From positions 1,344,001-1,408,000 of the forward strand of contig OZ244188.1 of NCBI GenBank assembly GCA_965216635.1: a stretch of 64,000 nucleotides of DNA, in the 5' to 3' direction. The translations under genes and the position numbers were made by a program. The notes beneath the pieces are model-generated. The model worked only from the letters and a program-made list of their open reading frames with translations. It was not told the DNA's origin and ran no database searches. This DNA comes from a bacterium. GTDB taxonomy: Bacteria > SAR324 > XYD2-FULL-50-16 > G965216635. Positions 40,199-49,748 of this stretch are shown in pieces; the stretch's first letter is position 1, and each line of letters opens with the position of its first letter.

Positions 40199-41614
40199 AT
40201 GAAAAACACAAATTCCCAAGTTTTAAGGAAAACTTTTGCTGTTCGTTTTATTTTGGCTCGTTTTACTCTGGTTCGTTTTATTTTGGTTCGTTTCGTTTTG
40301 GCTCGTTTCGTTTTGGCGGCTATTCTTGTTCCCGCCCTTCTTATAGGAAGTGTCTTTACTTTTGGAGGCGGGAATCTGCAAGCCCAAGCGAATGGTAGCC
40401 CAAATGGTCAGAGTAGCAAGCAGGGATTTTTCGTTGGTATTGTCTATCTAAATGGTTTTAAGGTGGATAGCACAAAAACTGTCACGACCAAAAAAAACTC
40501 TATTACAAGATATAGAATTAAAGACTATTCAGCAATCACATCGGAGATAAAAGCTGACGCTAGTACCTATTTTGATATTACTGAGATTCCTTATAATAGT
40601 GGGTTACATCATTCCAATGGAATAGAAGCTCTTTTTAAAAAGAGTTGTGAAAAAATAGGAGTCACAGAGGCTCCAGCGGATGGTAAAACTTATCAATACC
40701 AGAATCCTTCACTGTATTCTTTTGATGCAGGCACAAGTATAGGTGAAGGAACTATTGTGACTTCCACAGGTGATGGACCTGGCACAATAGTGCACAGTGG
40801 ACGGAATATATTTCCTACGGGAGTTGGAAATGACGGACGAGACACTAATTATTGTTACAGTTATTTTTACGGTGATGCTTCCGCAGCTCGTACCATTTTT
40901 GTTGATTCTAATTACTCTGAATACAAAGTGACTGAAGATTCAGCGCCAGTTTCTCAGGTTACAAACTCCTCGTCCAGCAAAGGCGATAGCATCTCAGGTA
41001 TTGGTCTGCAATTTAGCTTTAGGTGGGAAAAATGGAGAGCCTCTCTGACCCATTTTACTGGCTCTGGGGGAGCTAACGAGCTCACCAATACACTAGTTAT
41101 GGCGGATTATTTTGTAAACGAGAATTTTTTTGTAGGAGGTGGTCTGGCGAGTATGAAGCTCCAAAATAGCTCAACCAGTGGCTCTGCCACAAGTCCCGCG
41201 ATTCAGATCGGCTATAAGAAGAACTTAACCCCCAACCTATTCTTTAATCTTGGCTTGACGAAGTATATCTCGGGAGTTTCTCTAAGCCATACGACTTACG
41301 CTAAGAATCAGACTGCTCCTACTCCTACTGGCATCACTTTTAAGCCAAAACAGACTAAAGAAGGCGATTCAGCAGTGGTTGGTGCTAGAATAAGGCATGG
41401 TGTGGGACAATCACAAGTTTTTAGTGCCCGTTACACTTTAGATAATAGAGTATTCCTACGTGATCATAGAACACGAGTAACCCAAGTCTACAGCAGAACT
41501 GTAAATATAGAAGAAATGCGAATTCCAATAGGAGCAACAGAAACAACCACCAAAAGCGACGCCGAAATCAAAGCACCCCTCGTCATCAGCATCTCCTTCC
41601 ACTTGAGTTTTTAA
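40199..41614 (+). CDS. Variable outer-membrane beta-barrel protein, paralog 4
   Basis: As paralog 1; promoter TTGACA 40124 / TACTTT 40147. Confidence 0.75.
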   Translation: MKNTNSQVLRKTFAVRFILARFTLVRFILVRFVLARFVLAAILVPALLIGSVFTFGGGNLQAQANGSPNGQSSKQGFFVGIVYLNGFKVDSTKTVTTKKNSITRYRIKDYSAITSEIKADASTYFDITEIPYNSGLHHSNGIEALFKKSCEKIGVTEAPADGKTYQYQNPSLYSFDAGTSIGEGTIVTSTGDGPGTIVHSGRNIFPTGVGNDGRDTNYCYSYFYGDASAARTIFVDSNYSEYKVTEDSAPVSQVTNSSSSKGDSISGIGLQFSFRWEKWRASLTHFTGSGGANELTNTLVMADYFVNENFFVGGGLASMKLQNSSTSGSATSPAIQIGYKKNLTPNLFFNLGLTKYISGVSLSHTTYAKNQTAPTPTGITFKPKQTKEGDSAVVGARIRHGVGQSQVFSARYTLDNRVFLRDHRTRVTQVYSRTVNIEEMRIPIGATETTTKSDAEIKAPLVISISFHLSF

Positions 41615-41656
41615 GAAAAAAAAACTGCAGGGAACATTTTTATAATAGCATAACAT

Positions 41657-41992
41657 GTAGAGACGCCCTACAGGGCGTCTTATATGATGTGCATAAACCA
41701 CAAAAAGCTGTTTTTAATAAACGTTCTAAATTTATGAGACGCCCATATAGGACGTCTTATATGATGTGCATAAACCACAAAAAGCTGTTTTTAATAAACG
41801 TTCTAAATTTATGAGACGCCCATATAGGACGTCTTATATGATGTGCATAAACCACAAAAAGCTGTTTTTAATAAACGTTCTAAATTTATGAGACGCCCAT
41901 ATAGGACGTCTTATATGATGTGCATAAACCACAAAAAGCTGTTTTTAATAAACGTTCTAAATTTATGAGACGCCCATATAGGACGTCTCTAC
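41657..41992. repeat. REP-like hairpin array, 5 hairpins, 76-77-bp period
   Basis: GAGACGCCC at 41660, 41736, 41813, 41890, 41967. Confidence 0.85.
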
Positions 41993-42019
41993 AGACCTAC
42001 ATAAAATAAAAAAAAAATA

Positions 42020-42466
42020 ATGTTAAGAACAGCCCCAACACAAACAAAAATAGCCTCTAAAGACTACCAGATAATTGTAGCTCATGTTTTAAAAATTCTG
42101 CAAAAAAACAAAGAAGAACAAAAATTAAACTTAGATTTCTCCGCACCTGCAACTAAAGGTGACATAATAGAAAGTAGAAACGAATTGACAAAAATCATCA
42201 CAAAGAACAGAAACGACCTAGAAAAAATCATCACAAAGAACAGAAACGACCTAGAAAAAACCATCACAGACAACAGAAACGAAACAAACCTGAAATTGAA
42301 AGATATTGAGAAGGAAATAGTAGAAATTAAAAGCAACCTTGAGTTAAAAATATCAGAAAGTAGAGTTCATATAATCAAATGGGTTGTTGCGACTAACTTA
42401 ACCGGCATGGGTATATTGCTTGTTATAATATTTGGATTGGTGCAATTTTTAAAAGTGGCAACATAA
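42020..42466 (+). CDS. Coiled-coil protein with C-terminal TM anchor (DUF1640/Bdr-like)
   Basis: ATKGDI, 3x RN(D/E)L(E/T)K.IT repeats, IIKWVV followed by TM helix. Confidence 0.7.
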   Translation: MLRTAPTQTKIASKDYQIIVAHVLKILQKNKEEQKLNLDFSAPATKGDIIESRNELTKIITKNRNDLEKIITKNRNDLEKTITDNRNETNLKLKDIEKEIVEIKSNLELKISESRVHIIKWVVATNLTGMGILLVIIFGLVQFLKVAT

Positions 42467-42569
42467 GCATAAAATGCGTCTCCATCCCACAGAAAAAGTG
42501 TAAATTAGTTTGAAAACTCTACAGAAATAATTTTGATTTTTCTCTTTAACAAGGTCTTAAAGACTTGTA

Positions 42570-43589
42570 CTAAAAATCAAACCGAACTTCATCCACTAAC
42601 TCAGAGGCAATTTTACTATTTTCAGCAATTTTAGAAATACCTTTGAAATTCATTTTGAATTTTCCAAATTCTTTTTTTAGAAAATCAGCAGGCTCTACTC
42701 CCTTACGAACAGGAAATTCGTAATTGACAGCAGCATAAATTTTTTGAGCTTCTCTACTCAAAAAAAATTCCATCAGTTGAATCGCTTCTTTTTTATTAGG
42801 AGCATACTTCGTCAAAGCCATCCCAGAAATATTCATATGAGTCCCCAATCCTTTTTGATTTGGAGTAATAGGATAAACCGAAGCAGCCCATTTTTTTTGA
42901 ATAGGATTTTTTTCATTCGTTGCCATAATCCCGAGATAATAAGAGTTACCTAAACTCAAATCACACTCTTCAGCATAAATAGCTTTTAGCTGAGCCCTAT
43001 CGTTGCCTTGCGGTCTACGGGCAAAATTGCCTTTTACATTCTCTAGCCATTGTTTGGTTTTTTCTCTTCCTAGCTCTCCAATTAAAAACGCAAAAAGCCC
43101 TATATTATAGCGGTGCTTTCCAGAACGCATGCAGATTTGATTTTTCCATTTCGCATCTCCTAGATCCTCGTAGTTTTGAATGCTTCCTTTGGGAATATTT
43201 TTTTTGGAAGCAAAAATCACTCTTGCACGTAGAGATTGAGCAAACCAGAGATTTTGTGGGTGTCTCAGTGCCTTAGGCACATGCCTATTTAAAAAACGAC
43301 TTCGTACAGGTTGTAGAAGATCTTTTTTTACCAATTCATTTAAACGGCTAACATCTACCGTGAGTACTAAATCTGCTGGACTTAAATCACCTTCTCCCGA
43401 TAACCTTTCGCTTAAACCAGCCTTTAAAAACAGAGTTTTGGTTTGAATACCTGTTTTTTTCTCAAAAGCTTTCAATAAAGGCTTGAGTAAAAAAGGTTGT
43501 CTGTAAGTATAGATAACAACTTCACCTTTGGCGAAGAGAGGGTTTGCCAATGCTGTTAGCACTGCAACGAAAATCAGTGTTTTTTTCAT
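42570..43589 (-). CDS. Fe(3+) ABC transporter substrate-binding protein (FutA/FbpA-like)
   Basis: YTYRQPFL, SPADLVLTVD, PQGNDRAQ, GNSYY, NYEFPV. Confidence 0.92.
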   Translation of the reverse strand: MKKTLIFVAVLTALANPLFAKGEVVIYTYRQPFLLKPLLKAFEKKTGIQTKTLFLKAGLSERLSGEGDLSPADLVLTVDVSRLNELVKKDLLQPVRSRFLNRHVPKALRHPQNLWFAQSLRARVIFASKKNIPKGSIQNYEDLGDAKWKNQICMRSGKHRYNIGLFAFLIGELGREKTKQWLENVKGNFARRPQGNDRAQLKAIYAEECDLSLGNSYYLGIMATNEKNPIQKKWAASVYPITPNQKGLGTHMNISGMALTKYAPNKKEAIQLMEFFLSREAQKIYAAVNYEFPVRKGVEPADFLKKEFGKFKMNFKGISKIAENSKIASELVDEVRFDF

Positions 43590-43709
43590 TTTTTTTTAGT
43601 TCAGGTTAATACTAGGTAAAGCATAGTGAAACCAAAGTACTTTACCTGTTTATTATTTGCTGCCTGACTACCAAAAAAAAATAAATTTATGGTTGGCTGG
43701 GTGGCTGGA

Positions 43710-43904
43710 TCATTTTGTAAGAATTAACTTATTATTCACGGTAAGCCTTAATTTATAGAACTCTTCACCGTGAGTAATAGTTAGTTCTCTACTATCGCAC
43801 AAAAGCTTTTTAATATCAACAGTATTTTTATCAATACTCACATTGCGGTTTTTTCTTTCACAACAAGGACTTTTTCCAGTATTACACGGTTCTTTTTCTG
43901 CCAT
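43710..43904 (-). CDS. hemP: Hemin uptake protein HemP
   Basis: RELTITHGEEFYKLRLTVNNKLILTK C-terminal signature. Confidence 0.85.
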   Translation of the reverse strand: MAEKEPCNTGKSPCCERKNRNVSIDKNTVDIKKLLCDSRELTITHGEEFYKLRLTVNNKLILTK

Positions 43905-44071
43905 TGATTCTATAATAGATTGAGTTGAAATTCTAGCTTTGAGTCTTTCAAAAAGTCAAATATTTTTCATTTTTTTTTGCAAAAAATAGTTAAAAATATT
44001 TTAAAATGATTTATTTTTAGAAAGACTATTAAATTAGAATAGCTGATTCAAAGGTTTCAGATAATTTTTAA

Positions 44072-45430
44072 TTAGAATAGCTGATTCAAAGGTTTCAGAG
44101 AATTTTTAATTTTTTGAACTTCTGTCTCTACAGAACCATCTTCCAATTCCAGCAAAAGAAAATTCTTGAGATGCACTTGAGAAATACTACGCACCACTAC
44201 ACCTTGGCTATCCACTATACGAGCGTAGCCTTGTTTTAAAGCATTGTGCGGATTGTATAGTTTTAATTCTTGATAGAGTCGCAAAAGTTTATTTTGTTTG
44301 TTTTGAAAATGAAAAAGTATATTTTCTTTCATTCTGTTTGTTTTTTCTAAAAGTTGTTTTTTATCTGTTGCAATTTTGTAAGCCAGAGGGATTTGCATTA
44401 AATTTTGGTGCAGCTGAGTTAAGTGATTTTTTTTTAAGGTAATTTGATTTTGCAAAATCAATTCTAAACGAGATTGTAATTCGTCTGTTTTTTGAATGGA
44501 GTTTTGGATAATAAAGATGGGGTTTTTAAGTTGAGCGAAAATTTTTTTAATGTAAAATTTTTTTAATTGCAGCTGGTTTTGGATAGATTGAATAAATTGT
44601 TTTTGAAAATTTTGGATTTTGAGTAGCAGATCATTTTTATCGGGAAAACTTGTTTCTGCAGCTTCTGAGGGAGTAGCTGATCTACGGTCTGCCACTAAAT
44701 CGCAGATGGTAAAATCGCTTTGATGTCCTACAGCTGAAAGAATCGGTTTTTTGCAATGAAAAATTTTGCGGGATAAATTCTCATCGTTAAAACACCAAAG
44801 ATCTTCCATAGAACCACCCCCTCTGGCTATCACGATTAAATCAATATCTGCTCTTTTTTCTAATTCTGTAATGGCTCTAATTAAAGAGGCTGCTGCTTGC
44901 TCTCCTTGGACTAAAGAATGGGCAACAAGAATTTTTATTTGCGGTGCTCTTCTCTGGGAAATACTCAATATATCTTGCAAAGCAGCTCCTGTAGCAGAAG
45001 TGATAACACCAATTTTTTTTGGATAGGAAGGTAGTGCTCTTTTATGCTTTAAATCAAATAAACCTTCCTCTTTGAGTTTTTTCTTTAGCTCTTCAAAACG
45101 AATTTGTAGCTCTCCCATACCAACAGGAAATAGTTGCTTGATAATGAGTTGATAGCTTCCCCTAGGCTCATAAACTCCAAGTCTGCCTATCGCAATGATT
45201 TCGTTGCCATTTTCTATTTTAAGAGGAAGACTCCGAGCGACTGCTCTAAACAAAACACAACTTATTTGCGCTTTTTCATCTTTGAGTTGAAAATAAGCAT
45301 GCCCAGAGCTAGCAAAAGTAATCCCTGAAATTTCTCCTTGAATCCAAATATTGAGATACTTTTGCTCTATTAGGTTTTTTAATTCTAAAGTGATCTCAGA
45401 GACTTTGTAGATTTTTTCTGCTTTTTCCAT
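44072..45430 (-). CDS. xseA: Exodeoxyribonuclease VII large subunit
   Basis: SGHAYFQLKD, GAALQDI, ARGGGSMEDLW, SAVGH, TPSEAAE; 39-bp duplication of its 3' end at 44033-44110. Confidence 0.96.
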   Translation of the reverse strand: MEKAEKIYKVSEITLELKNLIEQKYLNIWIQGEISGITFASSGHAYFQLKDEKAQISCVLFRAVARSLPLKIENGNEIIAIGRLGVYEPRGSYQLIIKQLFPVGMGELQIRFEELKKKLKEEGLFDLKHKRALPSYPKKIGVITSATGAALQDILSISQRRAPQIKILVAHSLVQGEQAAASLIRAITELEKRADIDLIVIARGGGSMEDLWCFNDENLSRKIFHCKKPILSAVGHQSDFTICDLVADRRSATPSEAAETSFPDKNDLLLKIQNFQKQFIQSIQNQLQLKKFYIKKIFAQLKNPIFIIQNSIQKTDELQSRLELILQNQITLKKNHLTQLHQNLMQIPLAYKIATDKKQLLEKTNRMKENILFHFQNKQNKLLRLYQELKLYNPHNALKQGYARIVDSQGVVVRSISQVHLKNFLLLELEDGSVETEVQKIKNSLKPLNQLF

Positions 45431-45432
45431 AG

Positions 45433-45519
45433 TTTATAAGCCTGCTTTTTTCATAATTTATAAGCCTGCTTTTTTCATAATTTATAAGCCTGCTTTTTTC
45501 ATAATTTATAAGCCTGCTT
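45433..45519. repeat. ~3.6x 24-bp tandem repeat upstream of xseA
   Basis: TTTATAAGCCTGCTTTTTTCATAA at 45433, 45457, 45481, 45505. Confidence 0.95.
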
Positions 45520-45529
45520 GAACTAATCG

Positions 45530-46810
45530 TTAATTTTTCTTTTTTTTATAAGTAGCCTTAATATGTCCCTTCCCCTTAAGAATATATTTATAAATCATCA
45601 ATCCTTCCAAACCTACAGGTCCCCGAGCATGGAATTTATTGGTACTGACTCCTACTTCTGCTCCAAAGCCGTAGACTTCACCATCAGCAAACCTAGTAGA
45701 CGCGTTATGATATACTCCAGCAGAATCCACCATCCACAAAAAATTTTCGGCAACTTCTTTATCTTCGGTTACAATACAATCGGTATGTTGTGAGCCGTAG
45801 TGATTGATATGGGAGATGGCTTCTTGTGGGCTAGCAACATCTTTTACAGCTATGACCAAATCGTTGTATTCACTACTCCAATCTTGCTCGGTTACCAATT
45901 TATAAGGTAATGAATTTTTTTGGGCTAAAGAAACAAGATTTTTCGTTAGCCTTAGTTCTACCCCTTTGTTTGCCAAATTTTCTAAAATTTTTAGCTGTAA
46001 TGACTTTGCCAATTCTCGGTGCAAAAGAAGAGTTTCTGTGGCATTGCAAACGGCTGGGTATTGCGTTTTTCCATCTACGACAATAGAAATCGCTTTTTTG
46101 GCATCTGCCTTTTTATCTACATAGATATGGCAAATTCCATCGGCGTGTCCTAAAACAGGGATATTGGTGTTTTTGCGGATATTTTTAACAAGAGACTGAC
46201 TACCCCTAGGTATAATGAGGTCAATTCCTTTTTTTTGGATTAAACTATGAACTTCTAATCTTGTTTGCAAAAGGAAAATAAGCCCCTCTAGTTGATACGA
46301 TTTTAAGACTTCGTTTATAATTTCAAAGAGGATTAAATTGGTATGTTTAGCTTCTCTTCCTCCTTTCAGTAAAACAGCATTACCTGATTTTATAGCAAGC
46401 GAGCTAACCTGCACTAAAACTTCTGGGCGACTCTCAAAAATTACCAATAAAACACCAATAGGCACAGAATATCTTTCTAAAAATAAACCTTTCGCCAATC
46501 TACGGCTGTATTGTTTATTCTTAACAGGATCTTTGATTTTGCGAATGGTTTTTGGGTATTTTTTGAGTTGCTCTATTTTCTCCTCGTCCAAGCAAAGCCT
46601 CTGATACAAAGCTAAGGAAAGTTTTTTATTTTTTACTAACGATTTAGCAAGCTGTTGATCTATTTGATTAGCCTGCATGATTTCTTTTCTGCGCTGCTCT
46701 AGTTTAAGAAAAATATCCTTTAAAATTTGGTTGCGATATTTTGATTTTTTATTGCAAATCTCTAGAGATTTTTCTTGTGCTGTTTGAATTATGGCTTCAA
46801 AGCTATTCAT
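45530..46810 (-). CDS. proA: Gamma-glutamyl phosphate reductase
   Basis: IFESRP, DLIIPRG, VCNATETLL, NASTRFADG, HARGPVGL. Confidence 0.96.
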   Translation of the reverse strand: MNSFEAIIQTAQEKSLEICNKKSKYRNQILKDIFLKLEQRRKEIMQANQIDQQLAKSLVKNKKLSLALYQRLCLDEEKIEQLKKYPKTIRKIKDPVKNKQYSRRLAKGLFLERYSVPIGVLLVIFESRPEVLVQVSSLAIKSGNAVLLKGGREAKHTNLILFEIINEVLKSYQLEGLIFLLQTRLEVHSLIQKKGIDLIIPRGSQSLVKNIRKNTNIPVLGHADGICHIYVDKKADAKKAISIVVDGKTQYPAVCNATETLLLHRELAKSLQLKILENLANKGVELRLTKNLVSLAQKNSLPYKLVTEQDWSSEYNDLVIAVKDVASPQEAISHINHYGSQHTDCIVTEDKEVAENFLWMVDSAGVYHNASTRFADGEVYGFGAEVGVSTNKFHARGPVGLEGLMIYKYILKGKGHIKATYKKKKN

Positions 46811-47007
46811 ATTTACTTCAAATAAATGAGAGAGACTGTACTGTCTGCTCTACTTGGACTAAAGAATCTAGATCTTTACCTATTGGGGGCTATACGGCGG
46901 TGTTCCAAGCATTTTATTCCTTAAAATGCCTGTCCTACTTGGATAAGACAAAGCAAGGGCTAATGCAGATACAAAAGCTTCGTAAAAATTATAAATTAAA
47001 ATTTAGT

Positions 47008-47248
47008 GAGACCTTTGAATTAGTGGTTTCCTTTTCGTATTTGGCTTAGCTAATCTATTGGCTATTGGGGCTAGCCAAATAGTTAGAAAAGTGCAAAAAA
47101 AAAACCAGCTCGCTGGAATACTCTCTTACTGCTTGACACAAAATAAGGGTTATATAGACTGCAAAAGCTCCGCTGGAGCTTTTGCTAAAGCCTGTATTGG
47201 CGTAAAAGCAATAAACTTGGGCTAACAGAATGAAAATTCAAAAGTCTA
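47008..47248. mobile_element. Palindromic MITE copy
   Basis: GAGACCTTTGAATT ... AATTCAAAAGTCTA, shared internal blocks. Confidence 0.75.
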
Positions 47249-47305
47249 TCTAGTCTTGTCTAGCTCTCTTAATAATGCCTGATTCAACAGTCTCAATGAG
47301 AGAAC

Positions 47306-49180
47306 TTACCGTTTGGAATATTGGAATTTGGCTCTGGCTCCTTTCTGACCGTATTTTTTTCTTTCTACCACTCTAGAATCTCTTGTTAAAAAACCTTCGC
47401 TGCGAAACTTAATTCGCCACTCAGGATTGAATTTTGAAAGAGCACGCGACAATCCGAGTTTTACTGCCCCCGCTTGACCAGACACACCACCACCTTTCAC
47501 AAATGCCTTGACATTCATTTTTGCTTTAAATTTTACCAATTCCAAAGGCATAAGAGCAGTTTTAGTAAGACTGGCTAGAGTAAAATAATTTTTTAATTCT
47601 CTTTTATTAACAAAAAATTTTCCGTTACCTGTTTGAATATAAACACGAGCTAAAGCATTTTTTCTTCTTCCAATACTATGAAACTGTCCTACTTTTTTGG
47701 CGAGTTTATTTAGTTTCACCTGTTCTAATTGTTTGATTTTGTTTGCAAGCACCATCTGTTCGCGCTTCTCGGCTTGCTCTGGTGTCAATTCTACCTTTGC
47801 TTGCTGTTTCTTTGCCTGTTCTGGTTGTTTGGACTGTTTTAATTTTGCTTGATGTTTATTTGCTTGTTCTGGTTGTTTGGACTGTTCTAATTTTGTTTGC
47901 TGTTTATTTGCCTGTTCTGGTTGTTTGGGCTGTTCTAATTTTGCTTGCTGTTTCTTTGCCTGTTCTGGTTGTTTGGACTGTTTTAATCTTGCTTGATGTT
48001 TATTTGCCTGTTCTGGTTGTTTGGGTTGTTCTAATTTTGTTTGCTGTTTGGTTACTTGCTCTACTTTTTTGGGATCTTTTGCTTGCTCTACTTTTTCAGG
48101 CTCTTTTGCTTGCTCTACTTTTTCAGGCTCTTTTGCTTGCTCTACTTTTTTAGGCTCTTTTTCTTGCTCTTTTGCTTGCTTGGTTGCCTGCTCTACTTTT
48201 TCGGGCTCTTTTGCTTGATTAGTTGCTTGCTCTACTTTTTTGGGCTCTTTTGCCTGCTCTACTTTTTTGGGATCTTTTGGTTGCTTGGTTGCTTGCTCTA
48301 CTTTTTCAGGCTCTTTTGCTTGATTAGTTGCTTGCTCTACTTTTTTGGGCTCTTTTGCTTGCTCTTTTGCTTGCTTAGTTACTTGCTCTACTTTTTCAGG
48401 CTCTTTTGCTTGATTAGTTGCTTGCTCTACTTTTTTGGGCTCTTTTGCTTGATTAGTTGCTTGCTCTACTTTTTTGGGCTCTTTTGCCTGCTCTACTTTT
48501 TCGGGCTCTTTTTCTTGCTCTTTTGCTTGCTCTACTTTTTCGGGCTCTTTTGCTTGCTCTTTTGCTTGCTCTACTTTTTCAGGCTCTTTTGCCTGCTCTA
48601 CTTTTTTGGGCTCTTTTGCTTGCTCTTTTGCTTGCTTAGTTGCCTGCTCTACTTTTTCGGGCTCTTTTGCTTGCTGCTTGGTTGCTTGCTCTACTTTTTC
48701 AGGCTCTTTTGCTTGCTCTTTTGCTTGCTTAGTTGCTTGCTCTACTTTTTCGGGCTCTTTTGCTTGCTTGGTTGCCTGCTCTACTTTTTCAGGCTCTTTT
48801 GCTTGCTCTTTTGCTTGCTCTTTTTCTTGCTCTACTTTTTCGGGCTCTTTTTCTTGCTCTTTTGCTTGCTCTACTTTTTCGGGCTCTTTTGCTTGCTCTT
48901 TTGCTTGCTCTACTTTTTCAGGCTCTTTTGCCTGCTCTACTTTTTCTTGCTCTTTTGCTTGCTTAGTTGCCTGCTCTACTTTTTCTTGCTCTTTTGCTTG
49001 TTTGGTTGCCTGCTCTACTTTTTGGGGCTCTTTTGCTTGCTTAGTTGCTTGTTCTACTTTTTCAGGCTCTTTTGCTTGCTCTTTTGCTTGCTCTTTCGCT
49101 TGTTTGGTTGCTTGCTCTTTTGCTTGATTAGCTGCTTGCTGCTCTTTTTGGGAAGGTTCTGTTTTTTTTTGTTCTGACAT
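47306..49180 (-). CDS. rpsI: 30S ribosomal protein S9 with ~495-aa repetitive N-terminal extension
   Basis: C-terminal GRRKNALARV, GGGVSGQAGA, LTRDSRVVERKKYG...QYSKR; directly downstream of rplM. Confidence 0.95.
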   Translation of the reverse strand: MSEQKKTEPSQKEQQAANQAKEQATKQAKEQAKEQAKEPEKVEQATKQAKEPQKVEQATKQAKEQEKVEQATKQAKEQEKVEQAKEPEKVEQAKEQAKEPEKVEQAKEQEKEPEKVEQEKEQAKEQAKEPEKVEQATKQAKEPEKVEQATKQAKEQAKEPEKVEQATKQQAKEPEKVEQATKQAKEQAKEPKKVEQAKEPEKVEQAKEQAKEPEKVEQAKEQEKEPEKVEQAKEPKKVEQATNQAKEPKKVEQATNQAKEPEKVEQVTKQAKEQAKEPKKVEQATNQAKEPEKVEQATKQPKDPKKVEQAKEPKKVEQATNQAKEPEKVEQATKQAKEQEKEPKKVEQAKEPEKVEQAKEPEKVEQAKDPKKVEQVTKQQTKLEQPKQPEQANKHQARLKQSKQPEQAKKQQAKLEQPKQPEQANKQQTKLEQSKQPEQANKHQAKLKQSKQPEQAKKQQAKVELTPEQAEKREQMVLANKIKQLEQVKLNKLAKKVGQFHSIGRRKNALARVYIQTGNGKFFVNKRELKNYFTLASLTKTALMPLELVKFKAKMNVKAFVKGGGVSGQAGAVKLGLSRALSKFNPEWRIKFRSEGFLTRDSRVVERKKYGQKGARAKFQYSKR

Positions 49181-49194
49181 TATTTTTTTAAGGA

Positions 49195-49650
49195 TTAGAT
49201 TTTTAAAGTTTCAGGTTTTTGAGACAGATGAGGGTGACTAGCTCCTGCATAAATTTTAAGTTTTTCTAAACTATGCCTGTTCAGAGCATTTTTTGGCATC
49301 ATACCCTTCACTGCTTTATAAACCAATTCACAAGGTTTTTTTTCTAAAAGTTTATTTGCTTTGATGTTTTTAATACCACCAGGGTAGCCTGTATGCCAAT
49401 AGTAGACTTTTTCTAGCATTTTGTTTCCGCTAAGGACAACTTTTTCTGCGTTAATTACAACGACAAAATCTCCACTATCTACATGCGCAGTAAATTGAGA
49501 TTTATGTTTGCCACGCAAAGTATTGGCTATTTTGGTAGCTAATCTACCTAGTTTTTGATTTTCCGCATCCACAAGATACCATTTTCTCCAATGCGGATCG
49601 CTGGCTATCTCTTCATTTCTTAAAAAAGGAGTTTCTTTTCTGTTTTTCAT
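49195..49650 (-). CDS. rplM: 50S ribosomal protein L13
   Basis: [35 protein letters not shown]. Confidence 0.98.
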   Translation of the reverse strand: MKNRKETPFLRNEEIASDPHWRKWYLVDAENQKLGRLATKIANTLRGKHKSQFTAHVDSGDFVVVINAEKVVLSGNKMLEKVYYWHTGYPGGIKNIKANKLLEKKPCELVYKAVKGMMPKNALNRHSLEKLKIYAGASHPHLSQKPETLKI

Positions 49651-49748
49651 TTTTGGTTAATGTTTTAGACAATCACTATTATTTACTTTTTTTTATTTTT
49701 TGTCAAGTTTAATTTTGTTTTTCTTAAGTAGTAAAAAATTTCTTTGTA

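Noticed and set aside
36704..41614. Diversity-generating retroelement behind OMP variation
   Set aside because: No reverse transcriptase or template repeat in the window; differences include indels and are not visibly adenine-specific.
41657..41992. Regularly spaced palindromes as a second CRISPR array
   Set aside because: The linkers are identical rather than unique spacers; this is a REP-like tandem repeat.
47743..49177. Long plus-strand Leu/Phe/Cys-rich ORFs (378, 217, 136 aa)
   Set aside because: Antisense shadows of the rpsI repeat tract.
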